NCBI GenBank assembly: GCA_964429015.1
Contig: CAYSAM010000002.1
Location: 25,158-89,157 of the forward strand
Source of the DNA: an uncultured Pseudomonadales bacterium
GTDB lineage: Bacteria > Patescibacteriota > Microgenomatia > UBA1400 > MFAQ01
Length of the DNA: 64,000 nt
Direction of reading: 5' to 3'
This document shows, one piece after another, positions 48,803-58,382 of the stretch (position 1 is the first letter of the stretch; the number at the start of each line of letters is the position of its first letter). The notes below the pieces were generated by a model that saw only the letters and a program-made list of their open reading frames with translations, did no database searches and had not been told where the DNA came from. A program made the position numbers and the translations under genes.

Positions 48803-49999
48803 TTAATCAATATCTTCTTTGGTATTGTAAACATAAAATGTCGCTCTTACCATCGCCATTACCCCAAAACTAGTAACGAGTGGAGCTGCACAATGTTGAC
48901 CAGATCGCACACAAATTCCAAAACTATTTAGTACTTGCGCCACGTCATGAGAGTGAACTCCTTTAACATTAAAGGCAATCGCCCCACCTCTCTCCTCTGC
49001 ATTCCTCACACCATAAACCTCTACCAACCCTTCTTTTTCTATTACTTCAAATTTTTCCAGTGCATAACCCACTAACTCTTTTTCGTGTTCTCTCACATTG
49101 TCCATTCCTAATTTTTCAAGGTAATCCACTGCTGCCCCCAAACCTATTATCCCCGCAATATCTGGTGTTCCAGCTTCAAACTTATTTGGCAAGTCTGCCC
49201 AAGTTGTATTATCTAGTGTTACTTCACCAATCATGTCACCACCGTACAAAAATGGATCCATTTTATTAAGTAAGTCTTTCTTACCCCAAAGCACTCCAGT
49301 TCCTGTTGGACCCATCATTTTGTGTCCCGAAAAAGCCACAAAATCTACTGGCAGCTTAGTAACATCAAGTTTCATATGGGGCACCATTTGGGACGCATCC
49401 AAAACCACAACCACATCTGGGTTTTTTGCTCTTACTTTTTCTACCAACAACTTAATATCAGGTAGGGTTCCAATTGCATTACTCGCACCTGTCAAAGCAA
49501 ACAATTTCACTTTCCCGTCAGCAGTAAGTCTCTCCAAGCTATCCATATCAATTCTTCCGTCACTATCCACGTCAGCTACTCTAAAACTTCCAAACTTTTC
49601 TTTGCAAAGCACTTGCCAAGGCACAAAATTTGAGTGATGCTCTAGTCTGGTCACCAAAACAGCATCTCCCTCTTTTATATTTTTCTTTCCCCAAGAATAC
49701 ATTACCAGGTTAAGAGATTCACTAGCGTTTCTTGTAAAAATTACTTCTTCAGTACGTGCTCCTATAAATTTAGCCACCTTCTCCCGTGCTTCATCCACCA
49801 TTTTAGTGGACTCAACAGACAGGTCATACACTCCGCGGTGAATATTGGCATTATTGGTTCGGTAAAAGTCATCCATTGCTCGCAACACGCTTTCCGGTTT
49901 CTGGCTTGTAGCACCACTATCCAAAAACACCAAATCCTGTCCCCTAATTTTTCTCTTTAATATTGGAAAATCAGATCGAATCTTTTTTACATCAAACAT
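48803..49999 (-). CDS. sufS: Cysteine desulfurase SufS (class V aminotransferase)
   Basis: PLP-lysine region FSGHKMMGPTGTGVLWG. C-terminal active Cys in RSGQHCAAP. Confidence 0.9.
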   Translation of the reverse strand: MFDVKKIRSDFPILKRKIRGQDLVFLDSGATSQKPESVLRAMDDFYRTNNANIHRGVYDLSVESTKMVDEAREKVAKFIGARTEEVIFTRNASESLNLVMYSWGKKNIKEGDAVLVTRLEHHSNFVPWQVLCKEKFGSFRVADVDSDGRIDMDSLERLTADGKVKLFALTGASNAIGTLPDIKLLVEKVRAKNPDVVVVLDASQMVPHMKLDVTKLPVDFVAFSGHKMMGPTGTGVLWGKKDLLNKMDPFLYGGDMIGEVTLDNTTWADLPNKFEAGTPDIAGIIGLGAAVDYLEKLGMDNVREHEKELVGYALEKFEVIEKEGLVEVYGVRNAEERGGAIAFNVKGVHSHDVAQVLNSFGICVRSGQHCAAPLVTSFGVMAMVRATFYVYNTKEDID

Positions 50000-50013
50000 A
50001 ATCTTATTCTAAC

Positions 50014-50553
50014 TTAGAAATTACTCCTTCCTACAAAAATTTCTTGATTTTTATCCATAATTCCCTCCTTAGAAATTTTATTACTTAGCAACAAAAACAT
50101 TCCCCCATCTTCTTGTTTCTTTATCTCATTTTTGTCCAAGTAGTAATATGGTTTACCTAAAACTTCAAAACCGGCCTTACCGTAAAGACCTCCTAGTCTT
50201 TCAATCTCAGTACACAACATTACCACGTCTACACCCAGGTTTTTCAAATAATCATTACACGCCATTAACACTCTCAACGCGTACCCTTTTCTTCTTTGGT
50301 TCAGCTCTGTCACAACACCTCCAATACCTCCCACCAAAACAGCTTTGTTAGAAATCAAAACCGTCTTAAACATAACCACTAAACCAGATAAAATTTTACC
50401 TTCATCTACTAGTGTAAACAACAATCTATGTAAATCAAAAAAATCTAAGTCTGAATCTCCATCGTGGCTATGTTCACCCCAGTTTTCATCAGCAAACTTT
50501 TCAAAAAGATCAATCTGTTCTTTGTCTGGGTTTGCAACCACTTTAATCTCCAT
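50014..50553 (-). CDS. GNAT-family N-acetyltransferase, embedded in the SUF operon
   Basis: Acetyl-CoA motif VGGIGGVVTELNQRRKGYALRVLMAC (the Q/RxxGxG/A region). Confidence 0.55.
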   Translation of the reverse strand: MEIKVVANPDKEQIDLFEKFADENWGEHSHDGDSDLDFFDLHRLLFTLVDEGKILSGLVVMFKTVLISNKAVLVGGIGGVVTELNQRRKGYALRVLMACNDYLKNLGVDVVMLCTEIERLGGLYGKAGFEVLGKPYYYLDKNEIKKQEDGGMFLLLSNKISKEGIMDKNQEIFVGRSNF

Positions 50554-50556
50554 AGC

Positions 50557-51030
50557 CTATTCTACCCCCAAAAAACCTTTAATTATTAAGTTTTCCGCCT
50601 CATTTCTGTTAATACCTCTCGTTTCCAAGTAAAAAAGCTGCTCTTCATCTATTCTCCCCACACTAGCAGAATGACTCGCTTTTACCTCATTGTTTTCAAT
50701 CTCTAGTTCCGGCTCAGCTACCGCCATACTTTTATCATCAAGTAATAATAGTTTCATCGATAAAAAACTATCACTACCTTTAGCTCCCTCTGCAATTTTT
50801 ACCAAGCCCTTTATTTTTACCCTAGCTCCACCGCGCACCACACCTTTAACATCTACCCTGCATTTTGTTTTGCCCACTTTATGCGCCGAGAGCAAATTTA
50901 TTTCGTAATCTCCCTCCTCATTTGCTTCTACAAATCCTAAAAGTTCTTTCTCTTGTCCCTTTTTATCCACACTAACTTCAAAGTTATATATTCCTGGTTT
51001 ATTAATTCTAAAAGTTTCTTTATTATTCAT
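50557..51030 (-). CDS. sufD: Short SufD-like protein (C-terminal SufB/D beta-helix region only)
   Basis: C-terminal EEQLFYLETRGINRNEAENLIIKGF parallels the SufB tail [25 protein letters not shown]. Only 157 aa. Confidence 0.55.
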   Translation of the reverse strand: MNNKETFRINKPGIYNFEVSVDKKGQEKELLGFVEANEEGDYEINLLSAHKVGKTKCRVDVKGVVRGGARVKIKGLVKIAEGAKGSDSFLSMKLLLLDDKSMAVAEPELEIENNEVKASHSASVGRIDEEQLFYLETRGINRNEAENLIIKGFLGVE

Positions 51031-51075
51031 ATGTTTTTATCTGTAACCTACGATCTATCATTTACTATCTAATTT

Positions 51076-52506
51076 CTATCCCACACTCCCTTCCATCTCC
51101 ATGTTTACTAATCTATTCATTTCAATAGCATACTCAAATGGCACCTCTTTCATTACCGGCTCCAAAAATCCATTCACAATCATTCCCTCAGCATCGTGCT
51201 CCGAAAGTCCCCGCGACATCAGGTAAAACAATTGCTCTTCAGACACCCTACTAACTACCGCTTCATGTTCTAGAACTGATCTATTTTCCATAATTTTATT
51301 AGTAGGGTAAGTGTCAGATCGCGAAAGCTCATCCAAAATAAGCGCATCACAAACTACTTTAGAACGCGAATTTATCGCTCCCTTAGCAATGTGTACCAGA
51401 CCTCTATAAGTAGACCTTCCGCCACCCTTACTAATCGACTTAGATAAAATCTGCGAAGTTGTTTCGGGTGCCAAGTGAATCATTTTGGCTCCCGTGTCTT
51501 GATGTTGCCCCGCTCCTGCCCAAGCAATAGAGAGAATTTCACCTTTAGCTTTTCTTCCTACCAAAAGACAGGCAGGATACTTCATGGTAAGTTTGCTTCC
51601 CAAGTTTCCATCTATCCAGCGCATACTTCCTTCTTCTTCTACACGAGCTCTTTTTGTCACCAAGTTATAAACATTTTTATACCAGTTCTGAACCGTGGTG
51701 TACTGCACACTAGCACCTTTCTTTACTATTATTTCTACCACCGCAGCATGAAGTGACCCCGAAGAATAAGCCGGAGCGCTACAACCTTCAATATAATGCA
51801 GTTTGCTTCCCTCATCCGCAATAATCAAAGTTCTTTCAAACTGACCAGCATTTTCACTATTAATTCTAAAATATGTTTGCAAAGGAAGACCTACGTCAAC
51901 ACCCTTAGGAACATAAATAAAAGATCCACCAGACCAAGCTGCACTATTAAGCGCCGCCAGTTTATTGTCCCCAATAGGTATTACACTTCCAAAGTATTTT
52001 TTTACTAACTCTGGATACTGTTTTAAACCCTCATCCATTCCCAAAAACACCACTCCTTTTTTGGCCAAGTTGGCTTTTAGAGATCCGTAAATTACTTCAG
52101 AATCATACTGGCTTTTTACTCCTGCGAGAGCTTCTCTCTCAGCCTGGGGAACTCCAATTTTTTCAAAAGTCGCTTTTACCTCTGCGGGTACATCATCCCA
52201 AGTTTTTCCAGCGTGATCTAGTGGCTTTAAGTAATAAAAAATATTCTGAAAATCAATCGCCGACATATCTCCGCCCCAAGTAGGCATCGGTTTTTCAAAA
52301 AAGATTTTCAAAGCTTTAAGACGAAGTTCCAACATCCATTCTGGTTCATTTTTCATTGCACTTATCTCTCTAATTCTGGCCTCATCCACACCCTTAGTAG
52401 AGCGATATGCATACTTAAAATCATCAGTGTGACCAAGAGAATAAGAGTCACCAATCCCTCCAATGTTATTTACTTCCTCTATTTTCTTTTTAGCAAATCT
52501 ACTCAT
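51076..52506 (-). CDS. sufB: Fe-S cluster assembly protein SufB
   Basis: 476 aa with the conserved SufB C-terminal half (…[15 protein letters not shown]…[12 protein letters not shown]…). Confidence 0.9.
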   Translation of the reverse strand: MSRFAKKKIEEVNNIGGIGDSYSLGHTDDFKYAYRSTKGVDEARIREISAMKNEPEWMLELRLKALKIFFEKPMPTWGGDMSAIDFQNIFYYLKPLDHAGKTWDDVPAEVKATFEKIGVPQAEREALAGVKSQYDSEVIYGSLKANLAKKGVVFLGMDEGLKQYPELVKKYFGSVIPIGDNKLAALNSAAWSGGSFIYVPKGVDVGLPLQTYFRINSENAGQFERTLIIADEGSKLHYIEGCSAPAYSSGSLHAAVVEIIVKKGASVQYTTVQNWYKNVYNLVTKRARVEEEGSMRWIDGNLGSKLTMKYPACLLVGRKAKGEILSIAWAGAGQHQDTGAKMIHLAPETTSQILSKSISKGGGRSTYRGLVHIAKGAINSRSKVVCDALILDELSRSDTYPTNKIMENRSVLEHEAVVSRVSEEQLFYLMSRGLSEHDAEGMIVNGFLEPVMKEVPFEYAIEMNRLVNMEMEGSVG

Positions 52507-53275
52507 ATTTTTTATATCCAGTTTTACCCAAACTTTCTATTAACTCGGCTCCACCCTCATCAACCACCAAGCCCTTCTTTAAAACAACTACCTTATCCAC
52601 ATTCACCAAATTCAACATTTTTTGGTAATGAGTAATAAGTATCACAGTCATCCCTGTTTCTTTGGACTGCTTATTTATTTCTTCAGCTACAAGGTTCAAG
52701 GCATCAAGGTCCAAGCCACTGTCTGTTTCGTCTAGTATTGCAAGTTTTGGTCGCAAAACTCTCATCTGCAAAATCTCTATCTTCTTTTTCTCACCACCGC
52801 TAAAACCTTCGTTTATTCCACGGGTTAACAGATCATCACTTACTCTTAGTTCTTTTGCGATTTCTTCTACTTGGCGTTTTACATCAATGGCTTTTACCAC
52901 ACCACCCTTTGCTCTCAAGGAAGCTATCAAAACCTCTTTTACTGTTACTCCAGGTACAGAAACAGGATACTGAAAAGCCATAAAAATTCCCTCTTTAGCT
53001 CGTTCATCTGGGGTCATCTCGTTTATTTTCTTACCCATCCACAAAATCTCTCCTTCTGTTATTTCGTAAGCCGGGTTTCCCATCAAAGTGTTAGACAAAG
53101 AAGATTTGCCAGAACCATTTGGTCCCATCAAAGCCACTACTTTTCCAGTTTCTATTTCTATATTCACACCCCTAAGAACTTCTTTTCCTTCTACCCTTAC
53201 CTTCAAATTCTTAATCAAAAGTAATTCCTTATCTTGGGTTCTTGATTCCTTGATTCCTTGAGTTCTATTCGTCAT
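52499..53275 (-). CDS. sufC: Fe-S cluster assembly ATPase SufC
   Basis: Walker [14 protein letters not shown] signature [12 protein letters not shown]. Walker [13 protein letters not shown]-loop ILITHYQ. The start is placed at M16, because upstream codons are encoded by microrepeat and palindromic-element sequence; the alternative start is 53320. Confidence 0.85.
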   Translation of the reverse strand: MTNRTQGIKESRTQDKELLLIKNLKVRVEGKEVLRGVNIEIETGKVVALMGPNGSGKSSLSNTLMGNPAYEITEGEILWMGKKINEMTPDERAKEGIFMAFQYPVSVPGVTVKEVLIASLRAKGGVVKAIDVKRQVEEIAKELRVSDDLLTRGINEGFSGGEKKKIEILQMRVLRPKLAILDETDSGLDLDALNLVAEEINKQSKETGMTVILITHYQKMLNLVNVDKVVVLKKGLVVDEGGAELIESLGKTGYKKYE

Positions 53276-53360
53276 TTTGAATTTTTGATTTTTTATATTT
53301 TGAATTTTTTCTGTCGTCATTGCGAGAAGTGTACTCGCGACGCGGCAATCTATACAAATC

Positions 53361-53747
53361 TTATTTAATAAGGTCCTCCAAAGTATATTTCTCCAACAAT
53401 TTATTAATATCTCCAGTAAGTCTACTCATAAAATCCTGTTGCCCGCACTCTCCCTCTACTGGGCAACCACCACAACAAACAGGTTCCACTTCACCCTCAA
53501 TAGCCTCCAAAGCCTCTTTTACCTGAATCTCTTTTGGCTCGTAGTTTAGAGCAAATCCGCCACCCTTACCTTCTTTAGAGTTCAAAATTCCAGCCTCAAC
53601 CAGGTCAATTGCAATCTTAGCCATAAAAGCTCTTGGCATCCCAAGCTCAGACAGGTCCTTTAGCGACACACGACCACCTCGGCCCTTTTCAGCCAATATC
53701 GAAAGCAAAGCTAGTCCGTAATCTGCCCTTTTGGTAAGTGTAAACAT
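53361..53747 (-). CDS. Rrf2-family transcriptional regulator (IscR/SufR-like, Cys-ligand type)
   Basis: N-terminal wHTH MFTLTKRADYGLALLSILA... and C-terminal Cys cluster PVCCGGCPVEGEC. It is the first gene of the SUF operon. Confidence 0.8.
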   Translation of the reverse strand: MFTLTKRADYGLALLSILAEKGRGGRVSLKDLSELGMPRAFMAKIAIDLVEAGILNSKEGKGGGFALNYEPKEIQVKEALEAIEGEVEPVCCGGCPVEGECGQQDFMSRLTGDINKLLEKYTLEDLIK

Positions 53748-53790
53748 ATACTTGGACTATTATACTCCAAGTACATAAAAATGAAAATAT

Positions 53791-54420
53791 CTAAAACAGC
53801 CCCATCTGCATCTCCGCAGGCTTCTCCTCAACCACTTCTGTAGGGTAACCAAAATCAACTACTATCTCTCGGAACTCATTCCACCTATCCTTAAACTTCA
53901 GTATTCCATTTTTTCTACCGTAGTCATACACCTTCGTTGTCACCTCCACATCCACCTCGCAATATTTTTTAAGATTAGCTAAACTCTCAGAGTCGCCAAG
54001 ATTCCACCACTTTACAGCGTCCAATCCTCCTGCAATTTTTCCTGCACCAATCGTTTCTTTAGCTACACTGTCTAGTTTTACTCTGTGTCCAAAAGATTTT
54101 CTAATCTCCTCCAAAATATCGAAGTGTTTCAATTTAGTAAAGTCACCTTTTGTATACACCCCATTCATCGCTGGATTATCAAACCCAAAAGAGTTATACC
54201 CAATTATTCTGTCCGCCTCCTCAAACCAACTCCACATACTATCAAAGTCACCTTCCCAAAAACTTTTCATTTCACCAGATAATTCATTACCATTTTCATC
54301 TACTTCTCGTCTATAAGCTGACACTATCGATATTCCCAAATCTGCCGGATTGTTTGTACTTATCTCATCAAAAATTTTCTTAGTTTCTATGTCGTAAATC
54401 ACTTCAACTCTTTTTTTCAT
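53791..54420 (-). CDS. RNase H-like 3'-5' exonuclease (DEDD / PolB-exonuclease-like, YprB-type)
   Basis: Motif I YDIETK (DxE). Motif II GYNSFGFD. Motif III YCEVDVEVT. Confidence 0.5.
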   Translation of the reverse strand: MKKRVEVIYDIETKKIFDEISTNNPADLGISIVSAYRREVDENGNELSGEMKSFWEGDFDSMWSWFEEADRIIGYNSFGFDNPAMNGVYTKGDFTKLKHFDILEEIRKSFGHRVKLDSVAKETIGAGKIAGGLDAVKWWNLGDSESLANLKKYCEVDVEVTTKVYDYGRKNGILKFKDRWNEFREIVVDFGYPTEVVEEKPAEMQMGLF

Positions 54421-54497
54421 AGTTCCCCCATTAAACCACTACCTTCCAAAAATGTAAAACTATACTCCACGATCCACGATCTACAAACTACGATCTT

Positions 54498-55007
54498 TTA
54501 TCTCCCGTTCTCCCAAATTCTCATTCTTTTCTTAACCCAAACCCCAAAACCCATTACAGCTATTCCCGCCAACACTCCATAAAGAATATTTTCCCAAACA
54601 CCAGTTTCTGGTAAGGTTGTAACCGCCGATGCCGTCGCTGTTGGGGTTGGGGTTGGCGTGGCTGCAGATGCATTAAATCGTATTGTAAAGGTCAAAATCT
54701 GACTTCCCGAATTAACAGTTATCAAATTATCACCAGTATTCAAAGAACTAGGAGTAAAATTCCAAACCCCACTTGTTGTCGCTGCAATCACCGCACTAGA
54801 TGTTGCGTTTACTTTTACACTTACCATTGCAGCGGGAGTAGCTGTTCCTTCAAGCTGTGGCACTGATCCGGTATAACTGACCAAAGTGTAATCTGCCCCT
54901 ATTGTTGACAAAGTTCCAATCTTTGTCAAAGTAAGGTCATAAGCAAAAACGGGAAAAGCAAACAAAAATGCTCCCAGTATTGTCCATAAAATATTTTTTT
55001 TCCACAT
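54498..55007 (-). CDS. Sortase-anchored surface protein (LPETG cell-wall anchor)
   Basis: Signal peptide MWKKNILWTILGAFLFAFPVFA. C-terminus TTLPETG + hydrophobic helix + KKRMR. Thr/Pro-rich linker ATPTPTPTA. Confidence 0.65.
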   Translation of the reverse strand: MWKKNILWTILGAFLFAFPVFAYDLTLTKIGTLSTIGADYTLVSYTGSVPQLEGTATPAAMVSVKVNATSSAVIAATTSGVWNFTPSSLNTGDNLITVNSGSQILTFTIRFNASAATPTPTPTATASAVTTLPETGVWENILYGVLAGIAVMGFGVWVKKRMRIWENGR

Positions 55008-55068
55008 TTTGATTTTTTGATTTTTTCTTGATTTCTCGAGTTCTTGATTTTTCGAGTTCTATATATAT

Positions 55069-56406
55069 TTATAACTCAATTTCTGTTTCTAAGTTAGGAA
55101 GAATTACTTCTACTCCATCAAATTCATTTAGTATTTTCTCCTTCAGTACCAATCTGGGTATTTCCTCACCATGTGTCAAGGCAACTTTCTTTACACCTTT
55201 TATTTTTGAAAACCAGTTTATAAGCTGGCTCTGATCAGCATGTGAACTCATTGTTTTAATTTCTTTAATTTGTGCCCTAACCTCTATATGGTTCCCCCAA
55301 ATAACTACATTTTCTTTTCCGTCTTTTATTTCCCTTCCCAGCGTTCCCTCAGCCTGAAATCCCACAAAAACAATTGTATTTTTCGGATCATCTAAATAGT
55401 TAATAGCGTGATGAATTATTCTTCCCCCAGTCATCATTCCACTTCCAGCTACAATAACTTTTGTTCCTGGATAGTTCTTTATTTGCTTACTTTTTTCCAC
55501 ACTGTCGCACACCACTAAACCAGGAAAATCAAAGGGATCGTCACTCCTAACGACATCTTTCAATTTTTTACTAAAAAGTCCAGGATAATCCTTAAAAATC
55601 TCGGTCGCTTTTATTGCCATTGGCGAGTCCAAAAAAACTGGAGTGTCATTACTTACTTTTCCTTGTTTTTTGAGTTGATCAAAAACAAATAAAACCTCTT
55701 GCGATCTTTGCAAAGAAAAAGTCGGAATCATTACTGTTCCACCCACTCTTTCTGCTTCGACAACAATTTCCGCAAAATCTTCGATCTCTTCTCTTTTTCC
55801 GTGAACTTCATCACCGTAAGTAGACTCCAAAACAGCAAAATCGGCACCATCAACAAACTCTGTTGGCTTTATCAAAGGCTCTGGGGTATTCCCTAAGTCA
55901 CCACTAAATACCAGTTTCTTTTTTGTCGCAATTTCTTCCACTAAAATACTCGTCGACCCCAAAATGTGTCCCGCATCAAACATTGTTAACTTAAAATCAC
56001 CAACAGCAAAAGGTACGTGATAGTCTACTAAAACTACTTTTTTCAAAAATTTTACAACCGCATCTTCGTTATACATTGTTTCCGTTGCGTCTTCTTTTGC
56101 AATTTTTGCACTATCCATCAAAACAATCTCCGCCAAAGCCTTTGTTGGCTCATTCATAAAAACAGGTCCGTCAAAACCAAACTCAAGCAACATTGGCAAA
56201 CGGCCACAGTGATCTAGATGTGCGTGTGTCAAAACAATCGCATTTAGCTTTTCAAAATCAATTGCGGGCTTGGCAAAGTTTAACTTGTCATCATCCTTTA
56301 TTCCCTGAAACATGCCGCAGTCCACCATTAAACCTGTGTTTTTACCTTGCAAAAAATAACATGATCCGGTCACCATACCAGCAGCACCCAAAAACTTTAA
56401 CTTCAT
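55069..56406 (-). CDS. Beta-CASP-family metallo-beta-lactamase ribonuclease (RNase J/CPSF-like)
   Basis: HAHLDHCGRLP (HxHxDH), a MBL beta-CASP domain with downstream conserved His and Asp. 445 aa. Confidence 0.7.
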   Translation of the reverse strand: MKLKFLGAAGMVTGSCYFLQGKNTGLMVDCGMFQGIKDDDKLNFAKPAIDFEKLNAIVLTHAHLDHCGRLPMLLEFGFDGPVFMNEPTKALAEIVLMDSAKIAKEDATETMYNEDAVVKFLKKVVLVDYHVPFAVGDFKLTMFDAGHILGSTSILVEEIATKKKLVFSGDLGNTPEPLIKPTEFVDGADFAVLESTYGDEVHGKREEIEDFAEIVVEAERVGGTVMIPTFSLQRSQEVLFVFDQLKKQGKVSNDTPVFLDSPMAIKATEIFKDYPGLFSKKLKDVVRSDDPFDFPGLVVCDSVEKSKQIKNYPGTKVIVAGSGMMTGGRIIHHAINYLDDPKNTIVFVGFQAEGTLGREIKDGKENVVIWGNHIEVRAQIKEIKTMSSHADQSQLINWFSKIKGVKKVALTHGEEIPRLVLKEKILNEFDGVEVILPNLETEIEL

Positions 56407-56429
56407 ATATATTCAGTCTACCAGAACCA

Positions 56430-56503
56430 GTCGTCGTTGCGAGGAACAACCCGCCCGCAACACTGAAGAGTACTTCTGCGAGCAGGAGTGACGTGGCAAT
56501 CTA
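56430..56503. repeat. Palindromic element, long variant (copy 5)
   Basis: tcgtcgttgcgaggaacaacccgcccgcaacactgaagagtacttctgcgagcaggagtgacgtggcaatc, with the same TCGTCnTTGCGAG...GGCAATC termini. Confidence 0.7.
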
Positions 56504-56522
56504 TATAGATTAGAATGTATTT

Positions 56523-57278
56523 ATGACCTGCCCACAATGTCACGATAGTCTAAATAAACTAGAAGTAAGCACCACCGATGGTCAAGTGAGAAAAATAGAC
56601 GAGTGCTTAAACTGTGGTGGACATTTTTTAGACAATTATCTTGTCAACTTTATTTCAGTCGAAACAGCCCGGAACATCGACTCTGTTCTTCCCAAAAAAC
56701 ACCTCCCCACAGTATCCGAACCAAAATGTTTCCATTGTGGTCAAGTTATGTTTGCAATCTCCGATGACTCCACTCCCAAAACCGTCACTGTCTACAACTG
56801 TCCCAACAACCACGGTGATTTTTTTCCCAAAGGTCAACTCCTCCTTTTCAAAAAAGCTCAAGACGCCAAAATAAACTATCACAAACTCTGGGGAATCCCT
56901 CTCAAAACTGCCTTCTCAGTAATCATTCCCCTTTTTATTATCTTCACCTCAGTTACGGTCCTACCCTCAGTTGTTAAAGAACTCAATCAGAGTACCGAAA
57001 ATCGCGTCAAAGCTTCTGAAATACTTACCGAACCTCTCATTACTCCCATCTCAGACAATCAAGTCCTCATTTCTTTCTCCACCAAAAACAAAGTACCCAC
57101 CAACCTTATTTTTACTTCAGGTATAAACAAAACTTTTACTGTTTCAGAGCAACCAAAAACAAGCCACTTAGTTAGTATCGAAAACCTTCCTCCTGCCACC
57201 ACTTTTAAATACACAATCGTTATAGATCCACAAGGTAAAAATCTCAAAACCTCAGAATACTCCTTCTCTACCCCCTAA
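56523..57278 (+). CDS. Zinc-ribbon membrane protein with a C-terminal FN3-like beta-sandwich domain, hypothetical
   Basis: Two CxxC...CxxC ribbons (CPQCH...CLNCG; CFHCG...CPNNHG), one TM (FSVIIPLFIIFTSVTVL) and a beta-rich tail. Confidence 0.4.
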   Translation: MTCPQCHDSLNKLEVSTTDGQVRKIDECLNCGGHFLDNYLVNFISVETARNIDSVLPKKHLPTVSEPKCFHCGQVMFAISDDSTPKTVTVYNCPNNHGDFFPKGQLLLFKKAQDAKINYHKLWGIPLKTAFSVIIPLFIIFTSVTVLPSVVKELNQSTENRVKASEILTEPLITPISDNQVLISFSTKNKVPTNLIFTSGINKTFTVSEQPKTSHLVSIENLPPATTFKYTIVIDPQGKNLKTSEYSFSTP

Positions 57279-57318
57279 ACTCAACAATCTACGATCTACG
57301 ATCTACTATAATACTCCC

Positions 57319-58068
57319 ATGCCCCGCCAACTTTCTCCTTACGAAAAAAACTTTCTAACCAAACACCACTTTGATTTAAACTTACCGGAACTCCAAACCG
57401 AAATACCAGTAGAATATTTAGTTGGCAAAGCTGAATTTCGAGGGCTAGACTTTTTTGTCAATAACTCTACTCTAATTCCCAGAATAGAAACAGAAAAAAT
57501 AGTTGATCTTGCACTAGAAAATATTATGGAAAAATTCTCTACTCGCAACAAAATAATCATTGCTGATGTTTGTACAGGATCGGGGTGTATTGGAGTCTCA
57601 CTTGCCTTAGAACTCGTAAAGCACAACTATGACTTTCATGTCTATTTTTCTGATATTTCCCAAGAAGCACTCAAAATTGCCCAAAAAAACTTTAGTTATT
57701 TTTTACCTGACTATAAAAATTTCGCCTCATTTTTATATTCAAATCTTTTTGACAAATATCCATTGGATACAAACATAGACCTAGTTCTCTCAAACCCTCC
57801 CTACATTCCAAGCAACAGAATAAAAACACTAGATGTCTCCGTCAAAAACTATGAACCAATAACTGCCCTAGATGGCGGACAAGATGGGCTTTTATTTATC
57901 AATAAAATTATAGATGACTTGGCAAACATCCAAAACAAGGTTAACGCAATTATCGAGATAGATGAGATTCATACATTGCAAGATATAAAAAAAAGCGAGA
58001 GCTACAAACTCTCGCTTATCAAAGACACGTTCGGTGTCAATCGCTTCTTATCTCTTTTTTCTTTTTAA
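57319..58068 (+). CDS. prmC: Release-factor glutamine N5-methyltransferase (PrmC/HemK)
   Basis: SAM motif VCTGSGCIG and the NPPY motif LSNPPYIP. Confidence 0.8.
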   Translation: MPRQLSPYEKNFLTKHHFDLNLPELQTEIPVEYLVGKAEFRGLDFFVNNSTLIPRIETEKIVDLALENIMEKFSTRNKIIIADVCTGSGCIGVSLALELVKHNYDFHVYFSDISQEALKIAQKNFSYFLPDYKNFASFLYSNLFDKYPLDTNIDLVLSNPPYIPSNRIKTLDVSVKNYEPITALDGGQDGLLFINKIIDDLANIQNKVNAIIEIDEIHTLQDIKKSESYKLSLIKDTFGVNRFLSLFSF

Positions 58069-58322
58069 AACTTTTTTCTTGGCTTTTACCACTTGAGTTT
58101 TAACTTTAGCTACTTGAGCTTTACCTTTTTTAACAGCTTTTTTTACTTCACCAGCAACCATCTCTCTATTTTCTTTTTTACTAAGAAACATTCCCGCTAC
58201 TCCAGCAGCTACACCAATAACAGCAGCTCCTACGGCAGCGAACAAATTCATATTATTTTTTTTGGCAGGCATTTTTGTTTTTTTGCTTACTAACTTTTAA
58301 TAAATTCATTATGCCACAAAAA

Positions 58323-58356
58323 CAAAATCTCTGCAAAAAAAAGCCCCCTGTAAAAA
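58323..58356 (-). terminator. Rho-independent terminator of the vWA/kinase/phosphatase operon
   Basis: On the minus strand: GCCCCCTTG-TTTTTA-CAGGGGGC hairpin followed by TTTTTTTT, 25 nt after the vWA stop codon. Confidence 0.5.
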
Positions 58357-58382
58357 CAAGGGGGCGAGAAAATAAAATTAAA

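Noticed and set aside
58048-58272. 74-aa Lys-rich minus-strand ORF overlapping the prmC 3' end
   Set aside because: It could be a small membrane protein, but it overlaps the prmC coding end convergently and is mostly poly-Lys/Ala low complexity. There is insufficient support.
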